A stretch of 64,000 bases of DNA from Squalus acanthias. Taxonomy: Eukaryota. The translations under genes were made by a program, and so were the position numbers. The notes below the pieces were generated by a model. That model had not been told where the DNA came from, did no database searches, and saw only the letters and a list, made by a program, of their open reading frames with translations. Of this stretch, positions 1 to 12,517 are shown piece by piece. The DNA lies in the NCBI GenBank assembly GCA_030390025.1, contig CM059425.1, forward strand, positions 168,394,001 through 168,458,000, read 5' to 3'. Numbering within the stretch: position 1 is the first letter of the stretch; each line of letters starts with the position of its first letter.

Positions 1-199
1 GAGGCTGTATAGTGCTTGTCATTGCATTATTTTCAAAAAGCCATCAATCAAATCAGTATATAGAGTAACAGCTATATAGTCTGAATGGGAAACTAATGAT
101 TTATTCAAATGCAATGTATTTACTTGGAGACCGTTTAGTGTTCTGAATGTTTAATCGTGGAAAGATTAAGATCAGCTATGTTATCTTTGTAGTGATCAT

Positions 200-712
200 A
201 CTAGGCTTGCGGCAGGTGGAGAGAGAACCAACACAGGAGGACTAAACTGCTTGACCTTGTCTTCACCAGTCTACTGTTGCAGATTTGTTTGTCCATGACA
301 GCATTGGTAGGAATGGCCATCGCACAGTCCTTGTGTAGACCATTCTGTCTTCTCACTAGGATACCCTCCATCGGCCATTTGTGCTAAGTGGAATAGATAA
401 AGAACTGATCTAGCAGCTCAAAACTGGGCCTCCATGAAGTACTGTGGGCCATCAGCAGCAGAAAAATTGTATACCACCACAATCTGTAACCTCATGGACC
501 AGCATATCCCTCACTCCTCCATCACCATCAAGCCAGATGAACTACCATGGTTAAAAGAGGAGTGTAGAAGAGCATACTGGGCGCAGCAGCAGGTGTTCCT
601 GAAAATGAGATGCCAACTTGGGGAAGCCACAACACAGGGCAACTTGCATGTTAAACAGCAGAAGCAGCACGCTGCAGACAAAGCAAAGCGATTCCACAAC
701 CAACGGATCAGG
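200..712 (+). mobile_element. Degraded fragment of CR1-clade LINE family B (endonuclease-RT linker)
   Basis: Similar to 8150-8560; ORF 434-751 contains CGPSAAEKLYTTTICNLM...PWLKEECRRA. Confidence 0.8.
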
Positions 713-1566
713 GAAACTTTAAATTGCATCAAGATCCTACAAATGGTATAGGACTTTAATTAGCATATTAAAAGTAGCCTCCCACCTGAAAGAGGTCGGT
801 ACTCAGGAGGAAAGTGGGAAATCAAAGGACAAGTCACTACAGCCCACTTTCATTACTATGCACGTGATTAAGACATGTGACACCGAGGAGCTTTGTGACC
901 CCCTACATGAAAACCCTGGTTTAGTTCCCAGTCATAAAAACCTAATACATGAAAAAGTTTATACGCCACATCAACAGGAAGCATACTTATAAATACTCTT
1001 AACAATGCTGAAGATACTGCTTGCCTGGCCTCCCCCACCCCCCACATCCCCTGATGGGGCCTTTCCACCCATCTGGAGGCCGGTACATCACATCTCATTG
1101 GGCATTCTAGTCTCCAGTACTAGGCTGGATCCCTACTGAGCCAGAAAAGGGGGAACTTCAGGCACAGGGAGACCCCACTTTAGGCAGAAAATCCCAGAAA
1201 TGACAGAGATCTGGCTGGGATTTTCAGGGCCTTTGTCACTTGAATCCATCTGTTGCAGTCAGGATGACTTTTATTAGTCTGTGAATAGGTGCCCATCTCA
1301 GGAAAGTATGACATCCTCTGGATAAGAAACTTTGATATGACTTGTTCAGTCTCATCATAGCCAAGAATCCTGATGGCCAGTCTAATAACAGTGGTCAAGC
1401 CAAGCTCTAGAGTCTGATTCCCTCTGCCTTGCTGGCTATATTAAGCTTTGAGGTTAGCAGCTCTTGTGTAACAAAAATTAAATGAAGAATACAAGTTTCT
1501 TTTGACTTTTTTGCCTTGTCCCCCAAATGCTAACATGCTGCTACATACTGTCTAACCCAATATTGT

Positions 1567-1650
1567 GGAGATGCCGGTGTTGGACTGGGGTGGACAAATG
1601 TGAGAAGTCGCACAACACCAGGTTATAGTCCAACAGCTTTATTTGAAATA
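1567..1650 (-). mobile_element. Penelope-like element terminal fragment, truncated before its hammerhead
   Basis: Nearly identical to 50480-50562. Confidence 0.65.
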
Positions 1651-1776
1651 TTGGTAAACCTTGCAAAGCTGTCTAGAAGCTTCAGGGTTTATCCTTAAGA
1701 ATTTATAATCAGGCATCTTGTGCAGAAAACACCAGCTACAATTTGGTGTACTCATCCTTTTTTTAATATTTTATGG

Positions 1777-1920
1777 TGCTTTCACTATGGGAAAAGATTT
1801 ACATGGTTGAACTGGTCACATACTAGCATGTTCACACTGCTGCTTGTGGGGAAGCAATTCACTCAGTCATCCAACCTGCTGAAACACCAGCAAAGTTACA
1901 CTGGAAAAAGGCTGTTCACC
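1777..1920 (+). pseudogene. Decayed C2H2 zinc-finger array fragment
   Basis: CFHYGKRFT and (C)GKQFTQSSNLLKHQQSYTGKRLFT resemble Kruppel-type fingers with a TGE(K/R)PF linker; zinc ligands are lost. Confidence 0.65.
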
Positions 1921-2084
1921 CATATTCTGCTTCTATTGCTTTTATTGTTCACATCCAGAACTAATGCATGTTAATTATGGCTGTTGGGGTTTGTTTATGC
2001 TGATGTTAATAAGCCCTATAACTGAAATGGATTTTAACATGCTGTATTTGTGTCAAATAAATTAGTTTGTTTCAAACACAATAG

Positions 2085-2340
2085 CCTGCAAATTATAGAT
2101 AAATGGAGAATGGCTAAGGATGAAGCTGAAAGAGACTGAAAGAGTTTTAGCATACACGACGCTCAACATGTCCAATCAATGCAGCACAGCAATCATCAAG
2201 GCCAACAGAATGTTGAACTATGTAGCCAAAACTGTAGAACACGTATGAGGAAGTCATAATGAAACAGTACAGTGCTCTGGTCAGACTGCACCTTGCGTGC
2301 TATGTCCAATTCTGGTCACTGAGACACAAGGGAGACATGT
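2085..2340 (+). mobile_element. Old CR1 LINE 3' ORF2 fragment
   Basis: Degenerate KANRML...YSALVRLHL.CYVQFWS coding. Confidence 0.6.
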
Positions 2341-2969
2341 CCTTAATTTACTTACCGATTCCAACGTATTTATTGCTGCTATGCCACAGAATAATGCTTT
2401 TCTATCAACGCTTAGCTGATTAATATTGTGCTTAGAAATCATTTCTTCATGTCTTTTCTAAATTCTTAATTGTGGTATGGTGCACCATTCATTTGTTAAG
2501 TTGCTAAGTGACTGCAAGTCTCTGAACAAAATCCAGCTCCTAAGAGCATTCTATTTTCTCATATAACCTTAGGCTTTTTGGTTACAATACCTCCAACAAG
2601 GTCATTAATTATTAACATTAGGGGAAAGATTCCTCACCATTAATAGCAAGATCCAATGAGGGTCAAACTTAAATAACATTAGCATGTATAATGAGTCTTG
2701 TACTCGCCCCATCAGCACAGCCTCAAAAATATTTAGGGATAATCGTATTAAGCTATTTAAGATGTTAAAGGGGATAGATAAACTGATCACAGGGGATGTT
2801 TAATATCAACAGAGGATCTAGGACATGGGGTCAAGCTTAGACAATGAAAGCTGAATACACATTAAGATAGTGGGGGGTTAAATTGGATAAGACGCCAAAA
2901 GGGACACAGGGATTGGGATGTGCAATTAACCCGTGCCCGTCGACTGCGATGCAGGCAGCACGTCAAATT

Positions 2970-4153
2970 CGAACTGCTCACAATACTCCAGGTGTGGTCT
3001 AGCCAGGGTGTTGTATAGCTGCAGCATAGTTTTTACCCCCTTGTATTCTAGTCCTCTAGATATAAAAGCCAACATCCCATTAGCCTTTTTGATTATTTTC
3101 TGTACCTATTCATGACATTTTAATGATCTATGTACCTGGACCCCCGAGTCTCTTTGGACCTCCACTGTTTTTAGCCTTTCACCATTAGAAAGTACCCTGT
3201 TCTATCCTTTTTAGGTCCAAAGTGGATGACTACATTGAAATCCATTTGCCACAGTTTTGACCATTCACTTAATCTGTCACGATCCCTTTGTAATTTTATG
3301 CTTCCATCTACACTGCCTACAATGCCATCTATCTTTGTGTCATCGGCAAATTTGGATATATGACTTTCTATGCCATCACCCAAGTCGTTAATAAATACTG
3401 TGAATAGTTGAGGCCCCAACACAGATCCCTGCAGGACCCCACTAGTCACCTCCTGCCAGTTTGAGTACCTACCCATTATCCCGACTGCCTGTCTCCTGCC
3501 GCTCTGCCAATTTCCTAACCAGGTCAATAATTTGCCCTCAATTCCGTGGGCTTCTACCTTAGTTAACAGTCTCTTATGTGGGACTTTATCAAATGTCTTC
3601 TGGAAGTCCATATAATTAATATCCATAGACATTCCCCTGTCCACTACTTTAGTTACCTCCTCAAAAAATTAAATCAGGCTTGTCAGGCATGTCACAAATC
3701 TATGCTGGTTCTCTTTGATCAGGTGAAAATTTTCAAGGTGTTCAGTCACCCTATCCTTAATTATAGACTCTAGCAGTTTCCCGACAACAGATGTTAGGCT
3801 AACTGATCTATAATTCCCTAGTTTCCCTCTCTCACCATTTTTAAATATCGGAGTGACATGCGCAATTTTCCAATCTAAAGGAACAGTTCCTGAATCGAGA
3901 GAACTTTGGAAGATTATAGTTAGGGCATCTGCAATGTGCGCACCTACTTCCGTTAAAACTCTGGGATGGAAACCATCTAGTCCTGGGGATTTGTCACTCT
4001 TTAGTGGCATTATTTTCTTCATTACTGTTATTTTACTTACATTAATTTTATTGAGTCCCTGTCCCTGATTCAGTTTCCTTGGGATTTCTGGCATGCTATC
4101 CTCTTCCTCTACTGTAAATACTGACGCAAAGTAATTATTCAACATGTCCGCCA
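2970..4153 (-). mobile_element. CR1 LINE ORF2 (RT) fragment
   Basis: ORFs 3669-4154 and 3171-3644 contain KSPGLDG, DFQKTFDKV, QGSVLGP and FADD. Confidence 0.92.
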
Positions 4154-5778
4154 CATCTCATAGCTCATACACACTGGCAGCTATTCAACCATGACAGCCA
4201 CATTACCCAAACATATTGGACAACACGCACTGACACACTTCCCTATTTCTCGTAGGAGAAGGTGGCGCATAACAGCAGGCAGCAGCAAAGAACTGGAACA
4301 GGACAAGCACACCTGCATGTTTTAACCCCCATGGAGGAGACAGTGCTGGCCATTATGGGAAGGGGCATCGCTGAGACCGTGACCACCAGCGGGGCTGAAA
4401 CGATTGAGGATCAAAGTATCCGCAAACCTAATCCTCCTTCTCTCATTCCACTTCTCCCTCATCCCTCAATCTCTTCTGACTGAGAAGCAGCAGAGGGTAT
4501 AAGCATGCACTTCTTACCTTCTCCTTTCCCCTCACCATAACCCAACCATTGTCCCTTTTTCATTTCAGATGCTCAAGAACTGGAACCTGCCCAGGCAGCG
4601 AAGGGAGAGCAAGAAGAAAGTGAAGATGAAGAAACACCGTCACTCGATCTCACAGTCGCAGTCACCAGCTCAGACACTGACACTGCGTGTATTTTAGAGG
4701 GTCAGATAGAGGAGGGATACGCATGTGGTGAGACACCGGGCACAAGTGCGCAAGAGCCAGGACGGGGGGCGGGGGGCAAGAATAGCGCAGGTGCCAGCTC
4801 ACCGGAGGGCGAGATTGCATACTAGTTGTGCTGCAGAGAACTCAGATGAAGACTTCGTACACACCCAAATGCTTGGTGCACTGGGAACCCTGCCAGAAAG
4901 CCTGCGCTCAATGTCAAGGAGCATGGAGGAGTCCAGCACCAACTTGGCACAGGGCTTTGCACAGAGCTTGGAGCCCATCCTTTCCAACATGGAATGGGTG
5001 GTCGGTCACCTCTATCAGCACACCTTTGGAACCAACCATGATGCAGCGTCTGATGACCGATGTTTCAGCTTCCATTGCAGCTCAAGCAGCTTGCACCAAA
5101 AGTCTGAGTGCTGCAGTGGAAGCTGAGACTGCTGTCATGCAATCTCAACTTGCTCGCAATCTTGGTATCGTATTTGACCCCAAGATGAGCTTCCGACTAC
5201 ATGTCTGCGCCATCACTAAGACCGCCCATTTCCACTTCCAGAACATCACTCAACTCTGCCCCGCCTCAGCTCATCTGCTGCTGAAACCCTCATCCATTGC
5301 CTTTGTTGCCTCTAGACTTGACTATTCCAATGCACTCCTGGCCAGCCTCCTATGTTCTATCCTCCGTAAACTTGAGGTTATCCAAAAATCTGCTGCTCGT
5401 GTCCTAACTCGCGCCAAGTCCCATTCACCCATAATCCCTGTGCTTGTGGACCTACATTGGCTCCTGGTTAAGCAACGCTTCAATTTTAAAATTCTCATCC
5501 TTGTTTTCAAATCCCTCCATGGCCTCGTCTCTCCTTATCTCTGTAATCTCCTCCAGCCCCACAACCCTCCGAGCACTCCTCCAATTCTGGCCTACTGAGC
5601 ATCCCGATCAGTCTAATTACCATTTTTCCAAAGAGCACAAGCAATGGCAGCACTGCTGACTTGCTCAAAATGGCAGCCGCTGCGTTCCGTGCCGGAAGTG
5701 GGTGGAAGCTAGGCGGCCGCCATTTTTTCTCCAAAACCAACCTCATCAGCCGGCGCTAAGGTGCCGCATTGCACGGCC
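4154..5778 (+). mobile_element. Harbinger remnant: Myb/SANT gene exons 2-3 and right end, interrupted by an L2
   Basis: Exon starting at 4256 (tag|EKVAHNSRQQQRTGTGQAHLHVLTPMEE) and the region 4571-5150 are homologous to 36856-37018 and 44889-45560. 5640-5778 matches the element end at 47890-48029. A possible left end lies at about 2872 (ggggggttaaattgg). Confidence 0.75.
5150..5610 (+). mobile_element. L2 LINE 3' fragment
   Basis: RNLGIVFD...SRLDYSNALL...ARVLT...LHWL...FKILILVFK. Confidence 0.9.
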
Positions 5779-6391
5779 ATGATCTTTTCTAGTCTTGTGC
5801 AGTCCTATGTTCCTAAGAAACATCAAGATGTAGCAGACTGATGACATATGATGGCCTATTACATGTCACTTTATTCAGCTCCTTCTGAGACAAAGTGACA
5901 TGTAACAGGTCACAATCATGTTAAACATCTATTGACAATTTTAAGCCTGATCATAAAACGCATAATACGTCGAGCATTTTATTTAGTTAATAAAATTTTC
6001 AAACATAAAAAAATTACCAAAGATACTACCCAGAAATTAATTTTAAGCCTACAATTACAAGTAGTTTAGCAAACTCCATTATTTCAGTTTTCATATTTCC
6101 TGTCATTTCAGTTGGATGAAGTACATCTAATTTTATAAAACTGTACATGCACACACACAAATATAAGGGAATAATATAGTTTTAAATGCAAAATCACTCA
6201 GGTTTCAGATCATTTTGATCATTTTTTCCATAAATGTTCTTTTATGCTATTTCAATTACCTATCTAAACGTACCTCATATTATGGCTCTAGATATTAGGA
6301 GGGCAGTACTTTACAATTGGTTTCAAACTGTGTTTATCTTGAAATCCACAAGTCTTTTTCATATCGGAATCAAATTGGTCATGGGATTTAC

Positions 6392-6513
6392 CTGGTAGAT
6401 GTTTTGGGAAGCAAGACAGAGGTAGAATCAGACACCAAGCCAGTATCCAGCACAAAAGAAACCCAATCCACCAGGCACCAAGCCATCGCGGGTCCTTTGG
6501 CATCAAAGCAATT
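6392..6513 (-). CDS. SLCO4C1: SLCO4C1 internal coding exon (exon 5 equivalent), 122 bp
   Basis: ctttttag|AATTGC...CTACCAG|gtaaat. Encodes the OATP signature DPRWLGAWWIGFL...FPKHLPG. Phase 2-1. Confidence 0.95.
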
Positions 6514-6789
6514 CTAAAAAGTAAATAGAATCTCTTAACATCAGAACTTTTTTACAGTATCATAAATTTACATCTTAGAACCACACAAAACCAAAACTGT
6601 AATTTTCAGTTTCAGCCATTTTGAAACAATTCTGGTTACATTAGCTTTCTCTTGTCCTGCTGAGGGATTTTAGTGCTTTACTTAATGACTGGTCAATACT
6701 TCATTTCAGCAGTGTGCACTGGGATTACTGTCAATGTTAGGTATAAATTGGACAATAGATTACTAAAGTCATTGTTAGAAAAACAACAT

Positions 6790-7178
6790 TGAGTCCGGAC
6801 TCAACACTGAGTTCAACAATTTCAGATCATAACCTCTATCCCCATTTTTTCTGACGGCAGCCGTTGATGATTCTGCTATTCCCATTTACACCTCACCTAG
6901 ACCCATCTTTTGTTTCTTTACTTGTCCCATTACCATCTCCTTTTGCCTTGCACCATCATCCCTTTTTTCATTTAATCTCTCCTGCTCTCCACTCTATCAC
7001 AGACCTTCCCTTTTGTTCTTTCCTCCCCTTCCCCCTTTCCCAGCCTCTGCACTTACTGAAAACCTGTTATAGCTCTAACTTTTTCCAATTCTGACGAAAG
7101 GTCATCGACCTGAAACGTTAACTCTCTACAGATGCTGCCTGACCAGCTGAGTATTTCCAGCATTTTCTGTTTCTATTT
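6790..7178 (+). mobile_element. Penelope-like element 3' end (ORF end plus terminal repeat)
   Basis: GLNTEFNNFRS* ORF end, a pyrimidine-rich UTR, a hammerhead motif and a gatgctgcctgacc..ctgagtatttccagcattttctg tail. Confidence 0.75.
7087..7124 (+). ncRNA. Minimal hammerhead ribozyme motif (degenerate)
   Basis: aatt-CTGACGA-a-AGGTC atc GACCT-GAAA-CG-TT-aact. Core intact, palindromic stem III (ACGT), one mismatch in stem I. Confidence 0.7.
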
Positions 7179-7221
7179 TAGAAAAATGAAGGTTTGCATC
7201 ATCAAAAGAACACCAATTTTC

Positions 7222-7766
7222 TTTTTATTCAATCATGGGATGTGGGCGTCGCTGGCAAGATCAGCATTTATTGCCCAATCCTAATTGCCCTTGAGAAGGC
7301 TCCTTGATGCCACACTCGGTCGAATGCTGCCTGATGTCAAGGGCAGTCACTCTCAGCTCACCTCTGCAATTCAGCTCTTTTGTCCATGTTAGGATCAAGG
7401 CTGTAATGGTCTGGGGCCGAGTGGTCCTGGCAGAAAGCAAACTGAGCATCAGTGAGCAGGTTATTGGTGAGTAAGTGCTGCTTGATAGCACTGTCGACGA
7501 CACCTTCCTTCACTTTGCTGATGATTAAGAGTAGGCTGATGGGGCGGTAATTAGCCGGATTGGAATTTTCCTGCTTTTTGTGGACAAGACATACCTGGGC
7601 AGTTTTCCACATTGTCGGGTAGATGTCAGTGTTGCAGCTGTACTGGAACAGCTTGGCTAGAGGCACTGGAGCACAAGTCTTCAGCAAGACAGCCGGGATG
7701 TTGTCGGGACACATAGCCTTTGCTATATCCAGTCTGTTCAGCCGTTTCTTGATATCACGTGGAGTG
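7222..7766 (-). mobile_element. LINE-B 3' portion (older copy, continues at 10364)
   Basis: Reverse complement of the family 3' tail, plus RT segment TPRDIKKRL...NPANYRPISLL. Confidence 0.88.
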
Positions 7767-10363
7767 GCACAAATGTCCCAAACTCCTCCATCACCATCCC
7801 TGGGTATGTCCTGTCCCACCGGCAGGACAGACCCACCAGGGGTGGCGGCACAGTGGTGTACAGTCGGGAAGGAGTGGTCCTGGGAGTCCTCAACATTGAC
7901 TCCGGACCCCATGAAGTCTCATGGCTTCAGGTCAAGCATGGGCAAGGAAACCACCCTCCCTCAGCTGATGAATCAGTACTCCTCCATGTTGAACACCACT
8001 TGGAAGAAGCACTGAGAGTAGCAAAGGCACAGAATGTACGCTGGGTGGGGGACTTCAATGTCCATCACCAAGAGTGGCTCGGTAGCACCACAACTGACCG
8101 AGTTGGCCGAGTCCTGAAGGACTTAACTGCCAGTCAGGGCCTGCGACAGGTGGTGAGAGAACCAACACAAGGGAAAAAGCTACGTGACCTCGTCCTCACC
8201 AATCTACCTGTCACAGATGCATCTGTCCATGACAGTATTGGTAGCAGTGACCACCGCACAGTCATTGTGGAGATGAAGTCCCATCTTCACACTGAGGACA
8301 CCCTCCATCGTGTTGTGTGGCACTACCACCATGCTAAATGGGATAGATTCAGAACAGATCTAGCAGCTCAAAACTGGGCATCCATGAGGTGCTGTGGGGC
8401 ATCAGCAGGAGCAGAATTGTATTCCACCACAATCTGTAAAAAATGAGGTGCCAACCTGGGGAAGCTGCAACACAGGACTACATGCATGCTAAAAAGCGGA
8501 AGCAGCATGCTATAGACAGAGCTAAGCGATCCCACAATCAACGGATCAGATCAAAGCTCTGCAGTTCTGCCACATCCAGTCGTGAATGGTGGTGGACCAT
8601 TAAACAACTAACGGGAGGAGGAGGCTCCATGAATATCCCCATCCTCAATGATGGTGGAGCCCAGCACGTGAGTGCAAAAGACAAGGCTGAAGCGTTTGCA
8701 AACATCTTCAACCAGAAGTGCCGAGTGGATGATCCATATCAGCCCACCATCACAGAAGCCAGTCTTCAGCCAATTCGATTCACTCCACGTGATATCAGGA
8801 AACGTGTGAGCACACTGGATACAGCAAAGGCTATGGGCCCCGACACCATCCCGGCTATCGTGCTGAAGACTTGTGCTCCAGAACTAGCCACGCCACTAGC
8901 CAAGCTGTTCCAGTACAGCTACAACACTGGCATCTATCCGACAATGTGGAAAACTGCCCAGGTATGTCCTGTCCACAAAAAGGAGGATAAATCCAACCCG
9001 GCCAATTACCACCCCATCAGTCTACTCTCAATCATCAGCAAAGTGATGGAAGGTGTCATCGACAGTGCTATCAAGCGGCACTTACTCACCAATAACCTGC
9101 TCATTGATGCCCAGTTTGGCTTCCGCCAAGACCACTCGGCTCCCGACCTCATTATAGCCTTGGTCCAAACATGGACAAAGGAGCTGAATTCCAGAGGTGA
9201 GGTAAGAGTGACTGCCCTTGACATCAAGGCAGCATTTGACCGAGTGTGGCATCAAGGAGCACTAGTAAAACTGAAGTCAATGGGAATCGAGGGGAAAACG
9301 CTCCATTGGCTGGAGTCATACCTAGCACAAAGGAAGATGGTTGTGGTGGCTGAAGATCAATCATCACAGCCCCAGGACATCGCTGCAGGAGTTCCTCAGG
9401 GCAGTGTCCTAGGCCCAACCATCTTCAGCTGCTTCATCAATGACCTTCCCTCCAACATAAGGTCAGAAATGGGGATGTTCGCTGATGACTGCACAGTGTT
9501 CAGCGCCATTCACAACTCCACAGATAATGAAGCAGTCCATGCCCGCATGCAGCAAGACCTGGACGACGTTCAGGCTTGGGCTGATAAGTGGCAGGTAATA
9601 TTCATGCCACAGAAGTGCCAGGCAGTCACTATCTCCAACAATTGAGAGTCTAACCACCTCCCTTTGACATTCAACGGCATTACCATCACCGAATCCCCCA
9701 CCATCAACATCCTGGGGGTCACCATTGACCCTGAACTTAACTGGACCAGACACATAAATATTGTGGCAACAAGAGCAGGTCAGAGGCTAAGTATTCTGCG
9801 GTGAGTGTCTTACTTCCTGATTCCCCAAAGCCTTTCCACCATCTACAAGGCACAAGTAAGGAATGTGATGGAATACTCTTCACTTGCCTGGATGAGTGCA
9901 GCTCCAACAGCACTCACGAAGCTCAACACCATCCAGGACAAAGCAGCCCGCTTGATTGGCACCCCATTCACTCCCTCCATCACCGGCGTACCGTGGCTGC
10001 AGTGTGTACCATCTACAAGATGCATTGCAGCAACTCGTCAAGGCTTCTTCGGCAGCACCTCCCAAACCCGCGACCTCTTCCATCTAGAAGGACAAGGGCA
10101 GCAGGCGCATGGGAACACCACCACCTTCAAGTTCCCCTCCAAGTCACACAACATCCTGACTTAGAAGTATATCGCTGATCCTTCATCGTCGTTGGGTCAA
10201 AATCCTGGAACTCCCTACCTAACAGCACTGAGGGAGTACCTTCACCACACGGACTGCAGCAGGGCAAGGCGGCGGCTCACCACCACCTTCACAAGGGCAA
10301 TTAGGGATGGGCAATAAATGTTGGCCTTGCCAGCGACGCCCACATCCCATAAATAAATAAAAA
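7767..10363 (+). mobile_element. LINE-B near-complete ORF2 (APE endonuclease + RT) and 3' tail, nested antisense in an older copy
   Basis: ORF 7853-8446 (GDFNVHH, SDH) and ORF 8443-9645 ([20 protein letters not shown]); tail ends gggcaataaatgttggccttgccagcgacgcccacatccc followed by an A-rich run. Confidence 0.93.
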
Positions 10364-11880
10364 AATTGGCTGGAGCCTGGCTTCTGTAATGGTGGGGACC
10401 TCATAAGGAGGCCGAGATAGATCATCCACTTGGCACTTTTGGCTAAAGATGGTTACAAACGCTTCATGTCTTTTGCACTCATGTGCTGGGCTCCGCCATT
10501 GTTGAGGATGGGGATGTTCATGGAACCTCCTCCTCCCGTTAGTTGTTTAATTATCCACCACCATTTACGACTGGATATGGCAGGACTGTAGAGCTTTGAT
10601 CTGATCCGTTGGTTGTGAGATCGCTTAGCTCTGTCTTTCGCATGCTGCTTCTGTTATTTAGCATGTATGTAGTCATGTGTTGCAGCATCCCCAGGTTGGC
10701 ACCTCATTTTTAGGTAAACCTGCTGCTGCTCCTACAATGCTCCTCTACACTCTTCATTGAACCAGGGTTGTCCCCTGGCTTGATGGTAATGGTAGAGTGA
10801 GGGCTATGCCGGACCATGAAGTTACAGATTGTGGTGGAATACAATTCTGCTGCTGCTGATGGTTCACAACACCTCATGGATGCCCAGTTTTGAGCTGCTA
10901 GATCTGTTCTGAAGCTATCCCAATGACTGTTCGGTGGTCATTGCTACCAATGCTGTCATGGACAGATGCATCTGCGACAGGTAAATTGGCGAGGACGAGG
11001 TCAAGTAGGTTTTTCCCTCGTGTCGGTTCTCTCACCACCTGCCACAGGACCAGTCTGGCAGCTATGTCCTTCAGGACTCGGCCAACTCAGCCAGCAGTGG
11101 TGCTACCGAGCCACTCTTGGTGATGGACATTGAAGTCCCCCACCCGGAGTACATTCTGTGCCCTTGCTACTCTCAGTGCTTCTTCCAAGTAGTGTTCAAC
11201 ATGGAGGAGTACTGATTCATCAGCTGAGGCACAGCAGTAAGTGCTAATCAGCAGGAGGTTTCCTTGCCCATGCTTGATCTGAAGCCATGAGACTTCATGG
11301 GGTCCGGAGTCAATGTTGAGGACTCCCAGGGCCGCTCTCTCCCGACTGTATATCACTGTGCCGCCTCCCCTGGTGAGTCTGTTCTGCCGGTGGGACAGGA
11401 CATACCCAGGGATGGTGATGGAGAAGTCTGGGACATTGGCTGAAAGGTATGATTCTGTGAGTATGACTATGTCAGGCTGTTGCTTGACTAGTCTGTGGGA
11501 CGGCTCTCCCAATTTTGGCACAAGTCCCCAGATGTTAGCGAGGAGGACTTTGCAGGGTCGACAATCCAGTAGTTTCATGGTCACCATTACTGAAACTAGT
11601 AATGGTGACCATGAAACTACTGGATTGTCGTAAAAAACATCTGGTTCACTGATGTCATTTAGGGAAGGAAATCTGATGCCCTTACCTGGTCTGGCTTATA
11701 TGTGACTCCAGACCCAGAGCAATATGGTTGATTCTTAACTGCCCTCTGAAATGGCCTGACAAGCCACTCAGTTGTATCAAACCGCTACAAAAAATAATAA
11801 GCATAAAACCGGACGGACCACCCGGCATCGACCTAGGCACTGGCTTCGGACACAACAAAGGCACATCCAGCCAAGTCGAC
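10364..11880 (-). mobile_element. LINE-B 5' portion (endonuclease region) with inverted 5' UTR at 11598-11880
   Basis: ORF 11087-11587 (NIWGL...PDIVILTES...GDFNVHH). The left end (PTITEARLQPI) continues into 7766 (TPRDIK). Confidence 0.88.
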
Positions 11881-12115
11881 AGAAACAGTGAGAGTCAGAG
11901 ACAAACAGAGAGATACAGAGATGAAACAGGAGAAATGTGTGTGTGAGAGGCATAAAGAAAGAAAGATAGATTTTCTGACTATTCATGCCCAAATGGATGG
12001 AAATTCTAGCCCAGAGAAAAGGGAGGGGGATAAAATGGAAGAGAAACAGAAAGACAATAAGAGGGAGACAAATGATTTAAGAGTGGGAAACAAGGAGAGA
12101 GATAGTTACAGTGAG
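11881..12115. repeat. GA-rich low-complexity tract
   Basis: Degenerate gagagaca/gaga runs. Confidence 0.6.
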
Positions 12116-12343
12116 AGATATTTTTTTTCGCTGAGTAATATCACAGGAGATCAACTCATTTCTGTTATTTACTTCAAAAAAGCTGAGTCTGGGACTTTTA
12201 TGAGTATAACTATAGGGATATTACAGGGAATGTCTTGGCTGCTGATTTCTCTTATTAAGCATTTATCAGTCTCTACATGAATATCAGCAATTAGACTGAG
12301 GAAGCATAGCACAGGAGAATCTAAAAGAATGAAAACAACTTAC

Positions 12344-12440
12344 TTGGAAATTTTATTGACATCAATATAAATGTCGAGCAGCTGACCACCTAAAATGTAT
12401 CCAATGGCAGGGCCCAGAACTGACACACCATTTCCAATAC
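12344..12440 (-). CDS. SLCO4C1: SLCO4C1 internal coding exon (exon 4 equivalent), 97 bp
   Basis: ccacag|GTATTGG...TTTCCAA|gtaagt. Encodes GIGNGVSVLGPAIGYILGGQLLDIYIDVNKIS (OATP GPAIGY.LGG motif). Phase 1-2. Confidence 0.95.
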
Positions 12441-12517
12441 CTGTGGATTATCAGAGCAGGTGTTTATTTAATTAGGATTGAAGATACAATAATAAGTTAA
12501 ACATATCTTATTATAGT

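Noticed and set aside
760..1400. Possible old MITE (also about 61315-61700)
   Set aside because: The texture is suggestive, but no matching TIR pair or TSD could be identified.
2356..2460. Strong minus-strand donor (G|gtaagt at about 2355) as a candidate next SLCO4C1 exon
   Set aside because: The upstream translation does not resemble the expected OATP loop (FG..IKDFP) and there is no good acceptor.
4828..5598. 256-aa ORF as a novel fusion gene
   Set aside because: Chance read-through from a decayed Harbinger Myb exon into an L2 fragment.
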